NCBI GenBank assembly: GCA_964617785.1
Contig: CAZTYY010000001.1
Location: forward strand, 1 to 56,069
DNA: 56,069 nt
Source: an uncultured Desulfobacterales bacterium
GTDB lineage: Bacteria > Desulfobacterota > Desulfobacteria > Desulfobacterales > SURF-7
Direction: 5' to 3'
A program made the translations under genes and the position numbers. Each line of letters begins with the position of its first letter. The first letter of the stretch is position 1. Of this stretch, positions 29,905 to 39,127 are shown piece after piece. The notes below the pieces were generated by a model. It saw only the letters and a program-made list of their open reading frames with translations. It did not search any database and was not told the origin of the DNA.

Positions 29905-30303
29905 ATGAATAAGGTTTTCAAACATAAAATTAATAATCAAATGGATGATGCCAAAGGTTTTACCATTATCGAGGTATTAATGGCAATGGCGGTTTTGACC
30001 ATCGGCCTTCTTGCAATAGGAAGCGTGCAGATTTCAGCTATCAACGGAAACAGTACAGGGAAAATGACATCCCAGGCAGCTTCTTTTGCATCAGACCAGA
30101 TGGAAAGACTGCTTGCGCTTAACTTTACAGATCCGCAATTAAGTAACAATCAACGAACGCAAGGTTCGTATACAATAGTATGGACAATTGCTCCTGTCGC
30201 GACTGCGAATACAAGACTTATTACGGTTACGGTCACTTCAGGCAACCCTGCTATGCGGAACAAACGCTTGATACTTAACGGCATAAAGACAGCAAGCATT
30301 TGA
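29905..30303 (+). CDS. pilV: type IV pilus minor pilin PilV-like
   Basis: AKG/FTIIEVLMAMAVLTIGLLAIGS motif. The ATG at 29905 is preceded by GGAGGA. The ORF opens at 29872, overlapping pilW. Confidence 0.75.
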   Translation: MNKVFKHKINNQMDDAKGFTIIEVLMAMAVLTIGLLAIGSVQISAINGNSTGKMTSQAASFASDQMERLLALNFTDPQLSNNQRTQGSYTIVWTIAPVATANTRLITVTVTSGNPAMRNKRLILNGIKTASI

Positions 30304-30335
30304 AAACACAGTTTTTTTAGAAAGGATATATTCTT

Positions 30336-30860
30336 ATGAAAAAGATATGCCCAGCTTTAGGATCCGATTTAGGACCCGATATAGGCTCCAATATAAAAAA
30401 CGAAAAAGGCTCTGTCATGATAATCGCCCTTCTTATTATGGCACTTTTGACAATAATCGGCGTGTCTGCAATAAATGATACTACTACAGAGCTTCAGATC
30501 GCGAGAAACGACGCAATTTATAAGATTAATTTTTTCCAGGCAGACGGTTCTGCAAGGCAGGCCGCCCAGACGTTGGAAGATATGCCAAGCCCTCAAACAG
30601 CCCTGATACCTGCAACTGCTACAGTCAACTGGCTTTATAATAGTAGTTTTGACCCTGATCAGACCTGGATTTATGGCACAAACGCTGCGCAATCCGATTT
30701 TCCAAGTAATGACGCAGGGTTTTGTGTAGCATTTAACGCGGTTGTCGGAGGAAAAGATATGACGGCATCGACAAATCTTTATGATTATAGAGTTTTCGGA
30801 CGTTCATCTACCAATGATGGTGACTGTATGGTTATGACAGGATACAGAATAAGGTTTTAA
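30336..30860 (+). CDS. pilX: PilX-like pilus assembly protein (PilX N-terminal domain)
   Basis: EKGSVMIIALLIMALLTIIGVSAINDTTTELQIARND resembles the PilX_N hydrophobic segment. Gene order matches pilW-pilV-pilX-pilY1. Confidence 0.65.
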   Translation: MKKICPALGSDLGPDIGSNIKNEKGSVMIIALLIMALLTIIGVSAINDTTTELQIARNDAIYKINFFQADGSARQAAQTLEDMPSPQTALIPATATVNWLYNSSFDPDQTWIYGTNAAQSDFPSNDAGFCVAFNAVVGGKDMTASTNLYDYRVFGRSSTNDGDCMVMTGYRIRF

Positions 30861-30884
30861 AAAGTTTTTAAAAAGGAGGTACAC

Positions 30885-33800
30885 ATGAATACTTTAAAAT
30901 ATAATAAAATAATGGCAATGGAAAAAACCAACCCCATGGACTCAAAGAAGCACACATGGTTTTTTATGCAGAGTATTCTGCTCATTATTCTAATGACAGC
31001 TTTTTGTATTTTTTCTTCTGCCCAGAGCGCCTGGGCAGCCGACCATGGAAACACCTTGGCCACTGCCGAATACTTGACGTTAAACACCACTCTCACGCAA
31101 AGCGATTGGGCTGATTGGGATTGGTGGTCGGATTCGTCAGATGGTGACTGGTATGAATTTGACGTGGTCGCCGGTGATGTCGACTTTACATTTAATCGAT
31201 ATGAAGGAAGGTTAATAATTTATTTAAGAGACAGTTCCGGTAATGAAATAGTGCGTTATCCAAACAACAACTGGTGGCAAGGAGGATCCACAACCCTTTC
31301 CTACACAAGAACAATGGCAGCAGGGAAGTATTATATACAAATTTTAAATACAAGACAAAACGGTTGGTGGGCACCTGCTCCTTCATTTGATGTGATAGTG
31401 GACCAGGTCGGCGGCGGACAAGTATATTATCGTGACAGCGACATCGATGGTTTTGGTGATCCAAACGTTTCAAGCGTTTTTATAGGTGCGGCGGAAGCAA
31501 CAGTAGCAGGCTACGTGTCGGACAATACTGACTGTGATGACAGTAATGTTTTAACATACCCCGGCGCCCCGGAAATATGTGATAATGAAGATAATGACTG
31601 TGACGGAAGTGTGGATGAAGGAATTGCCCAGACCACCTATTACCGGGATGATGATGACGACGGGTATGGTGATGCGAATCAGACACTTTCAGCCTGTGCC
31701 GCTCCCGAGCACTATGCGGGAGCATCCGGAGACTGTAATGATTCAGACGGTTCTATACACCCCGGAGCATTTGATGTTTGCGATGACGGGATTGATCAGG
31801 ATTGCTCTGGAAGCGACAGGACGTGCAGTGCATCGGATGTCTGCGCTGACTTGGCCGATATTCCCCTTGAAACCCAGATCGAGTCCGCACCACCGATTGT
31901 CATGCTGCTCCTTGACGATTCAGGAAGTATGGCATGGGATGTGGTTTGTCCTGAAAATGGAGGCGAATTCAGCGGAAATTCAAATGTCAACTATGTGGAG
32001 GACGCATGGAGGTCCCAATGGGCCGGATACAACGGTATCTATTATAATCCTTCAATGACGTATGATCCATGGCCGGGGACCAATGCAGCATGGCCGGGGG
32101 GGACTTTCAGCAATGCAGACATGGACAACCCGCTGGCTCATCCCCTTGGATACAACTGGTGGCACGGATACTATAACGGCGGCACCTACAACATGGATGC
32201 CACATTTGAAAATATTGACGGCGTATCGGTTCATATTTCCCATTATTATGTATGGTCAAGCGAAGCCTTGCCCGCGCCCGCGCCTTATCTCGTGAATCTG
32301 GAGAAGAACGGCGGTGTTTACGAGGCAAAGTATTACAAGGTCGATGCCCATGGAACCGAGGGCTGGATCGACAACCTGATATTGGACGCCACCCCGCCGG
32401 GTGATGTTAAGGTGGATAATCCGGCATCGGACCGGCAGAACTTTGCAAACTGGTTTTCATACCATAGAACACGGGAACTGGTGGCAAAGGCAGCCTTGGG
32501 TACTGTGATTACCAATTCGGAAGGTCTCCTGATGGGAATTCATTCCATCAATCTCAGTATCACAGAAACTGTTCAACCCATCCATGCCGATGGATCAGAC
32601 GAGACCGCATATATACTGGATAAGCTATATCGAGTCAGAGCAGACGGAAGTACGCCCTTGCGAAGAGGTCTTGAAGATGTGGGCCAATACCTGGATGCAG
32701 ACGATGGTAACACCGGAAACCTCGGGAGTTCGCCCTGGGCGGCTTCCACCGACGGCGGTACCTGCCAGCAGGCGTTTGTCATCATGATGACCGACGGATA
32801 CTATAACGGAAGCGACCCCACTATCTCTGCCATTGGACATGAGGACGATGATAACGGGGCACCCTATGCAGACACGTATGATGATACACTGGCGGATGTG
32901 GCCATGTATTTTTATGAAAATGATCTGAACAACGGCTACAGCAACGATGTCACACTCAACGATGAATTTGATACCGCAGACCATCAGCATATGGTTACTT
33001 ACTCTGTCTCCTTTGGCCTTTACGGTACAATCAATCCTGACGCTTATCCGGATTGTAAGGCAGAATGCAACGACCCGGCAACCTGTTGTCCGTCATGGCC
33101 CGAACCGAACACAGACCCGAGGAGAATCGACGACCTCTGGCATGCATCTGTTAACGGCAGGGGAAATTTTTATGCGGCCACAAATGCACTGGAGCTAGCC
33201 GCATCACTTGAAGATATCCTGGAGAATGTGGGCCAAAGAGAAGGCCAGGGTGCGTCGGTGGCTGTTAACACACAGACCCTTGAAGAAGAGACCGCCATGT
33301 TTCAGGGAACTTATAATTCAGGAGCTGGCTGGTCGGGCAATCTTTATAGATATGAAATTGCTTCAGGTACCGGTGTCGTGGATGCAGCTCCCACCTGGGC
33401 TGCCAAAGACCTGCTGGACACCAAAATAGCTAATGCCGGGTGGGATGGTGACAGAACCATCATTACGTATGATTCTGCAAATACTACAACGATCCCTTTC
33501 CGGTACGGCAATTTAAGCCCTGTAATGCAGTCCATGCTGAGCGGGAACCCGACAACTTCTCAAAATCTTGTAAATTACCTGAGGGGCGATGACTCAAATG
33601 ATGAGGATCATGGAGGCTCGTTCAGGGTCCGACCATCTCTTGGCGATATTGTTCATTCTGCGCCCGTACATCATGGGGATTACATATATGTGGGTGCAAA
33701 TGACGGTATGCTTCATGCGTTCAACGCCGTAACAGGAGTAGAAGCATTTTCCTATATTCCAGGAATTGTTTTTGAAAACTTACATTACCTTTCCGCACCA

Positions 33801-35279
33801 TCTTATGAACATAAATTCTATGTGGACAACACCATCTATATAGAAACGGTCGGCAGTGTGACCTATCTGGTCGGTGCTTTGGGGAGAGGCGGCAGAGGAA
33901 TATACTGTATCGACATTTCCGATCCTGCCGCTATTTCCGAGATGGCGCTTCCGACTACCTGGGAGTATTCAGCGTCAACCCTAAGCGACGATGACCTGGG
34001 ATATACATTCAGCCAGGTATTTATGGTCAAATCAAACGATCCCAGCTATCCAAACGTTATTATCTTCGGCAACGGATATGACAGTGTTAACGGTAAAGCC
34101 ATGCTGTATGTACTTGATACGAGCGGAAACCTGTTGACAAAGATTGATACAGAAGTCGGTGATGCCGCCTTAAACTGCAACGGGCTTTCCACACCAGCCC
34201 TGATCGATGATGATTATGATCATGACGTGGATTATATTTATGCAGGGGACCTTCTCGGTAATATGTGGAAGTTTGATTTGACAGCCTCCAGCGTAGGTAG
34301 TTGGCATGTTTTTTATGAGGATGCTGGTGGTAATCCCCAGCCTCTTTTTCAGGCAAAGGATGAAGGCGGACAACCGCAGTCAATCACCGTTAAACCGGCT
34401 GTCCTGGACCATTGCTCAAGTGAAGTGGAAGGCGATATCATTGTTTTCGGTACAGGTAAATACATTTCATCAAGTGATTTTGATTCGGAAGATGTGAACA
34501 CAATTTACGGTATCTGGGATTGGGCGGAAGAATGGGAAGCACAGGGTGAACCAACGACTGATAAGTATCTCGGTTACTTCATGCCGCCATCCGGAGGAAT
34601 CCGACCTTTGTCGAATGTCAACTTTGCGGGTGTTGCCACATCGCTTCTTGCCCAGACCGAATCTGACGCCACAGGTTCTCTAGAAGGCTGGCGCTATTTA
34701 AGCGATAATGAGATCAGCTGGTTTTCACCTGAAGACTGGCTTTCTGACCCAACAAGCAGTGCGTATAATGCAGGAGGTTATGGCGGACACCTGGGCTGGT
34801 ATATCAATCTGATCGGAACCGGTGAGCGGGTGATTGCAAAACCCATTGTCAGGGCATCCGCAACCGGAGAAGCAAGGGCGATTGTGGTGTCCCTATTACC
34901 ATCAAGCGAGCCATGCTCAACCGGCGGCACATCAATTCTTCATTTGACATCTGCCTGCAACGGCGGAGGCCTCGACGCCCCGCAGTTTGACTATAATAAT
35001 GATGGGGTAATCGACTTTCAAGATATGGTTGTCGTTGATGCAAGCAACAACATTGTTGTGCTCACAGATACGAACAGTGACGGCGTTATTGACGAGAACG
35101 ATATGTCGGCAGGTATGAGCGCCAGTGCGCCGTCTGCCAAGGGACTTGATGATATTTATTACGAGCCGGTCATTCTTAACAACCCGGACAGCAACACAGA
35201 TGTGTTGTATTTTGGCCCGGGTGCGCAGGAGACAGTTGAATCTGAATCTCTTGGTATGGTTTTCTGGTGGATGAGATAA
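30885..35279 (+). CDS. pilY1: PilY1/PilC-family pilus tip-associated protein with extra N-terminal modules (1464 aa)
   Basis: AAGGAGG RBS and a signal peptide ending AWA/AD. DxSGS MIDAS-like motif (LLLDDSGSMAW). PilY1 propeller motifs (GDIVHSAP, GANDGMLHAF, DYIYAGDLLGNMWKFDL). See findings for the additional domains. Confidence 0.85.
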   Translation: MNTLKYNKIMAMEKTNPMDSKKHTWFFMQSILLIILMTAFCIFSSAQSAWAADHGNTLATAEYLTLNTTLTQSDWADWDWWSDSSDGDWYEFDVVAGDVDFTFNRYEGRLIIYLRDSSGNEIVRYPNNNWWQGGSTTLSYTRTMAAGKYYIQILNTRQNGWWAPAPSFDVIVDQVGGGQVYYRDSDIDGFGDPNVSSVFIGAAEATVAGYVSDNTDCDDSNVLTYPGAPEICDNEDNDCDGSVDEGIAQTTYYRDDDDDGYGDANQTLSACAAPEHYAGASGDCNDSDGSIHPGAFDVCDDGIDQDCSGSDRTCSASDVCADLADIPLETQIESAPPIVMLLLDDSGSMAWDVVCPENGGEFSGNSNVNYVEDAWRSQWAGYNGIYYNPSMTYDPWPGTNAAWPGGTFSNADMDNPLAHPLGYNWWHGYYNGGTYNMDATFENIDGVSVHISHYYVWSSEALPAPAPYLVNLEKNGGVYEAKYYKVDAHGTEGWIDNLILDATPPGDVKVDNPASDRQNFANWFSYHRTRELVAKAALGTVITNSEGLLMGIHSINLSITETVQPIHADGSDETAYILDKLYRVRADGSTPLRRGLEDVGQYLDADDGNTGNLGSSPWAASTDGGTCQQAFVIMMTDGYYNGSDPTISAIGHEDDDNGAPYADTYDDTLADVAMYFYENDLNNGYSNDVTLNDEFDTADHQHMVTYSVSFGLYGTINPDAYPDCKAECNDPATCCPSWPEPNTDPRRIDDLWHASVNGRGNFYAATNALELAASLEDILENVGQREGQGASVAVNTQTLEEETAMFQGTYNSGAGWSGNLYRYEIASGTGVVDAAPTWAAKDLLDTKIANAGWDGDRTIITYDSANTTTIPFRYGNLSPVMQSMLSGNPTTSQNLVNYLRGDDSNDEDHGGSFRVRPSLGDIVHSAPVHHGDYIYVGANDGMLHAFNAVTGVEAFSYIPGIVFENLHYLSAPSYEHKFYVDNTIYIETVGSVTYLVGALGRGGRGIYCIDISDPAAISEMALPTTWEYSASTLSDDDLGYTFSQVFMVKSNDPSYPNVIIFGNGYDSVNGKAMLYVLDTSGNLLTKIDTEVGDAALNCNGLSTPALIDDDYDHDVDYIYAGDLLGNMWKFDLTASSVGSWHVFYEDAGGNPQPLFQAKDEGGQPQSITVKPAVLDHCSSEVEGDIIVFGTGKYISSSDFDSEDVNTIYGIWDWAEEWEAQGEPTTDKYLGYFMPPSGGIRPLSNVNFAGVATSLLAQTESDATGSLEGWRYLSDNEISWFSPEDWLSDPTSSAYNAGGYGGHLGWYINLIGTGERVIAKPIVRASATGEARAIVVSLLPSSEPCSTGGTSILHLTSACNGGGLDAPQFDYNNDGVIDFQDMVVVDASNNIVVLTDTNSDGVIDENDMSAGMSASAPSAKGLDDIYYEPVILNNPDSNTDVLYFGPGAQETVESESLGMVFWWMR

Positions 35280-35329
35280 TACTTAAAATGAAATATTTTC
35301 GTATAGTCACAAATTATAAAGGAGACGCA

Positions 35330-35641
35330 ATGAAAAGGTTAATCATTATATGCTCTGTTCTGGCTTTACTTTCCGTTCCTTTGTTTGCTGCTGAAAATAA
35401 TACCCAGACAGCGCAGCAAAGTGAGGCAGCAGCGGTGGAACAGCAGGTAAGAATCATAACAGGGATACAATTAGATTCGTTTGTGTTCGGAAGGGATACT
35501 TATCAGATTGCAGAGAATATACAGTATTACTCCGAGAACGGCGGAAGGGTAACAAAGGCTCATTTCCATGAACGTGAAGGGGTTTTAATTAAATTAAACA
35601 GCGGCGATAAAATTTTTTATATGAAAAAAATGCCGTATTAA
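35330..35641 (+). CDS. small secreted hypothetical protein (103 aa)
   Basis: The ATG at 35330 is preceded by AAGGAG. Signal peptide MKRLIIICSVLALLSVPLFA/AE. Sits in the position occupied by PilY2 in Pseudomonas-type operons. No family recognised. Confidence 0.55.
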   Translation: MKRLIIICSVLALLSVPLFAAENNTQTAQQSEAAAVEQQVRIITGIQLDSFVFGRDTYQIAENIQYYSENGGRVTKAHFHEREGVLIKLNSGDKIFYMKKMPY

Positions 35642-35680
35642 TGCCGCTTTTATAACAAAGGCAAACTGTTGAAGAAAACC

Positions 35681-35730
35681 GGGCCTCCGCAGACGGATGG
35701 TATATCCGCCTGCGGAGGCCCTTTTATTTT
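35681..35730 (+). terminator. rho-independent terminator ending the pilus operon
   Basis: A 12-bp GC-rich stem GGGCCTCCGCAG (35681-35692) / CTGCGGAGGCCC (35710-35721), followed by TTTTATTTTT. Confidence 0.85.
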
Positions 35731-35852
35731 TGCCCTTTGTTTTTTTATGGTTTAGAATGATTTGCCTATATCAGCCAAACATGATAATAGCCCGGATATT
35801 ATTATAAGACTTTAGGCAACCGTCAGACAAGATCAGACAGAGGAAATAAAAT

Positions 35853-36584
35853 ATGATAAAGCCAGCCGCCGGCACCGCAACTATTATCGCTTTTTTCATT
35901 ATCATGTCGTGTAAGGCTGATGATAACAAAACCACTGGCGCTGAATTAAAAACTTCTGCTGAGAAATTCAGTTATGCGATGGGCATGGACGTGGCCAATG
36001 CCCTTAAAAAGCTTGAGTCTGAAATAGACATTGCCGCTTTTATAAAAGGTGCCACAGATGGCTTTAACGGTACTGAACCCATCCTCGCTCCCCAGGAAAT
36101 TATGCGCGTTAAAAAAGAAATCGCAGTAAAGGAAAAAGAAAAACAGAAACTGAAAAGAGATGCCCTGGCCCAAAAGAATCTAAAAAACGGAGAAGCGTTT
36201 CTTGCTGAAAAACGGAAAGACAAAGACATATTGTCAACCAACAGCGGTCTTCTTTATTGTATGCTGAAAAAAGGTAAGGGTAAAAAGCCTGGAATCGAAG
36301 ACAAGGTAAAAATTCACTATAGCATAACAGGGATCAACGGAACAGAATTTGACGACTCCGTCATACGCGGTAATCCGGCTATTGTGCCGGTTAAAGGTGT
36401 CATACCCGGCTTAAGTGAGGCTTTGCAGCTGATGCCGGAAGGATCCAAGTTCAAGCTTTTCATCCCTCCCCAGCTTGCTTACGGTGAAAAAAGTGCAGGC
36501 CCGGGCGGGAAAATACATCCCAATTCCACACTTATCGTTGAGGTTGAACTCCTGGCCGTTGAAAAAGCGGTTGAAAAGTCATGA
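35853..36584 (+). CDS. FKBP-type peptidyl-prolyl cis-trans isomerase (FkpA/Mip-like lipoprotein)
   Basis: 243 aa. Lipobox IIMSC, N-terminal helical dimerisation region, C-terminal FKBP domain (IHYSITGINGTEFDDS...PPQLAYG). Confidence 0.85.
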   Translation: MIKPAAGTATIIAFFIIMSCKADDNKTTGAELKTSAEKFSYAMGMDVANALKKLESEIDIAAFIKGATDGFNGTEPILAPQEIMRVKKEIAVKEKEKQKLKRDALAQKNLKNGEAFLAEKRKDKDILSTNSGLLYCMLKKGKGKKPGIEDKVKIHYSITGINGTEFDDSVIRGNPAIVPVKGVIPGLSEALQLMPEGSKFKLFIPPQLAYGEKSAGPGGKIHPNSTLIVEVELLAVEKAVEKS

Positions 36585-36587
36585 CAT

Positions 36588-38246
36588 TCAAGCATCAGGT
36601 TTAAACCTGCTTTTATAAATTTTTTCCTGTTCATCAAGAATTTCATTTAATATTTTAATGTCCGTCATCGGGTTCATCACAACACATCGAAGAACAACTG
36701 TCTCTTCTTCGGGTACATTGCGCGAACTCAAGGTCGTACGCGATACAAAGCTGTTGCCCGCCTCCCTTTGAATTCTCTGTACTGTCCGATTAATGGCATT
36801 AAGTGTTTTATTAATCTGGTTTTTTCTATTTGCGTCTATGTTTCCCGCAAGTTCGGTCTGAAAGTGGGGCGGACACATTCTGTAAGTCAGGATATTAAGC
36901 TCCGGCGGCGTTACAAGCTGGAAAAATGGCCTTTTTATTATTTCAGCTGCAAACTTTTTTGCTGTTTCAATGCCATGATCAATAAGAAGTGCATAACCTT
37001 TTGTCCCCATAATTTTTAAAGCGCTGTCAAGTATGAGTGAGTTTGCCTCCCGGGATCCTGCAAGTGATTTAATGCCAAGGTCTACAGAGCCGGGGCGGTT
37101 GACATACTTTGCATGATAGGACACTGCATTCATAATTTCAGGGTTCTTGAAATAAACCATGCCGCAGCTCATCGGCATATAAAACTGTTTGTGACCATCT
37201 ATGGTAACCGAATCGGCATATTTAATACCATCAAGCAGATGCCTGTATGCAGCCGACATGAGAATAGGGCCGCCCCAGGCAGCGTCAACATGAAAGTGTA
37301 TTCCGTTTTCAGCACACAGTTCGGCAATGTTGCTCAAAGGGTCGACGGAGCCTGTCTCTGTACTTCCTGCAATTCCGACAACCGAAATGATTTCGGTTTT
37401 ACCGTCTTTATTGATTTCGTTAATGGTTTTTTCGAGCATTGTCATGTCGGCTCGATGCTTTTCGTCAACATCGATTGCAATGATGTTCCTGCTTCCGATT
37501 CCCAAAATACCGGCAGCCTTTCTTAAGGAATAGTGCCCCCTGCGTGAAACCAGTATGACAGCCCGCTCAATGCCGTATTCCTTGTATGCGGCAAAAAGGC
37601 CTTCCTTTTCCACACCTTTAAACCCGTCTCTTGGTGATAGAAGTGAATTTCTTGCAACCCACAGTGCGGTAAGATTTGCCGTGGTTCCGCCTTCAACAAA
37701 ACAACCAAGGGTCGTCTCGGTATTTTGTACATGTTTGTTATAAAAAGATTCGCTGTTATCAAAGATCAACCGGTGAATCTTTGCAAGTATCTGTTTCTCA
37801 ATAATTGATACGACCTTTGATGTTTCAAGTTTTACAACATTCTGGTTCAGTGCGGCAACAATGGTTTTCAGGTGAACCATAAAAAAAGGAATCGCAGATG
37901 TCATGTGTCCCACAAAGTAGGGAGATGCGACATTAACCGCATTCGGAGCAATTCCCCTGATCAGGTTGGTAATGACATCTGCAAGCCTTCTCTCCGGATT
38001 CTCACTAATTTTCGTATTTTTATATCTTTCGGAAAGTGCTTTCAGGCTGATCTCTTCGGTGATGCCGACATGTTCTTGAAGGAAATCATGAAGGCCGAAA
38101 AGAATCTGTTCCATGTACTTTACTATCGTTGCTCTGGCTGCACCATCTTCAAGCCGGATAAATGTTCTATGAAGTGCTTTCCAATCAGCTACAAGTTTTG
38201 TGCTTTCTTTGGCGATATTTTGTTTATTCATTGAATTAACAGTCAT
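36588..38246 (-). CDS. group II pyridoxal-dependent decarboxylase (GAD/PanP-like)
   Basis: 552 aa. GHMTS motif and PLP-lysine region TIDGHKQFYMP. Substrate not assignable from sequence alone. Confidence 0.8.
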   Translation of the reverse strand: MTVNSMNKQNIAKESTKLVADWKALHRTFIRLEDGAARATIVKYMEQILFGLHDFLQEHVGITEEISLKALSERYKNTKISENPERRLADVITNLIRGIAPNAVNVASPYFVGHMTSAIPFFMVHLKTIVAALNQNVVKLETSKVVSIIEKQILAKIHRLIFDNSESFYNKHVQNTETTLGCFVEGGTTANLTALWVARNSLLSPRDGFKGVEKEGLFAAYKEYGIERAVILVSRRGHYSLRKAAGILGIGSRNIIAIDVDEKHRADMTMLEKTINEINKDGKTEIISVVGIAGSTETGSVDPLSNIAELCAENGIHFHVDAAWGGPILMSAAYRHLLDGIKYADSVTIDGHKQFYMPMSCGMVYFKNPEIMNAVSYHAKYVNRPGSVDLGIKSLAGSREANSLILDSALKIMGTKGYALLIDHGIETAKKFAAEIIKRPFFQLVTPPELNILTYRMCPPHFQTELAGNIDANRKNQINKTLNAINRTVQRIQREAGNSFVSRTTLSSRNVPEEETVVLRCVVMNPMTDIKILNEILDEQEKIYKSRFKPDA

Positions 38247-38500
38247 TTATCGATAACGGCAAACAGAAAACAGTCTCCGAAGGATGAGTTGGTATGAATT
38301 TTCAATATATTGATCAACAATATTATTATTCATAGTCACATTATATGCAAAAGATCATTTATTCTATCAAATCAAAAATATAATTTGCAAGAATATATTT
38401 GAGAAAATTGTGGGCAACCCTTATTTCTTGACATGGAAACGGTATTATCTTAAAAAAGCAGATCTTTTAGCTGATACAAAAGCTATATACCAGGGAAGAG

Positions 38501-39127
38501 ATGATGTCTGAAAAAAAGAAGCGATTAAAAATATTCGTTTTGATGATAACCGGTGTTTTGATTGTCTGGGTAACCGTATATCTTTTTTTACAAAAAGGTG
38601 ACAAGGTGCCAACTCCTGAACAGTCGTCACAGGACCAAAAAAATCGGCATCTTTACCCTGGAACGCCTGGTGCACAACAAAATGATGAACAAAATGACAC
38701 ACAAAATCAGATAGATATTTATCTCTATTTCTCGAACCTGGACAACAGCTTTTTATTTGCTGAAAAAAGAAACATTCTCCATCCAGCTGATTCCGCTGAT
38801 TTTGGCCGGAAAATTATTCATGAACTGATAGAGGGGCCTTGCAACAAATTAGTGAGAACAATGCCCGAAAAGACAGTCCTCAATGCGTTTTATGTCTCAG
38901 ATGATGGAACTGCTTATGCGGATTTTTCACAAGAGATAAAAGAGCATCATCCCGGTGGAAGTCGGTCTGAACACCTTACCGTCTATTCTATCGTAAATTC
39001 AATTGTTTACAATGTGCCCGATATAAAAGCAGTAAAAATCCTTATTAATGGAAACGAGGCCATGACCCTTGCCGGCCATATAGGACTGCGGGCTCCCATC
39101 AGGGCAAATATGGTAATGGTAAGATGA
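38501..39127 (+). CDS. GerMN domain-containing membrane-anchored protein
   Basis: 208 aa. One N-terminal TM helix, then a GerMN-like domain (IYLYFSN...HELIEGP...AYADFS...[21 protein letters not shown]). Confidence 0.7.
   Translation: MMSEKKKRLKIFVLMITGVLIVWVTVYLFLQKGDKVPTPEQSSQDQKNRHLYPGTPGAQQNDEQNDTQNQIDIYLYFSNLDNSFLFAEKRNILHPADSADFGRKIIHELIEGPCNKLVRTMPEKTVLNAFYVSDDGTAYADFSQEIKEHHPGGSRSEHLTVYSIVNSIVYNVPDIKAVKILINGNEAMTLAGHIGLRAPIRANMVMVR

Noticed and set aside
31579-32058. 159-aa alternative-frame ORF inside pilY1, plus several other 60-120-aa ORFs within 31190-35043.
   Set aside because: They are embedded in the long PilY1 reading frame, which has continuous family motifs. Their Met/His/Thr-rich compositions are typical of out-of-frame translation.
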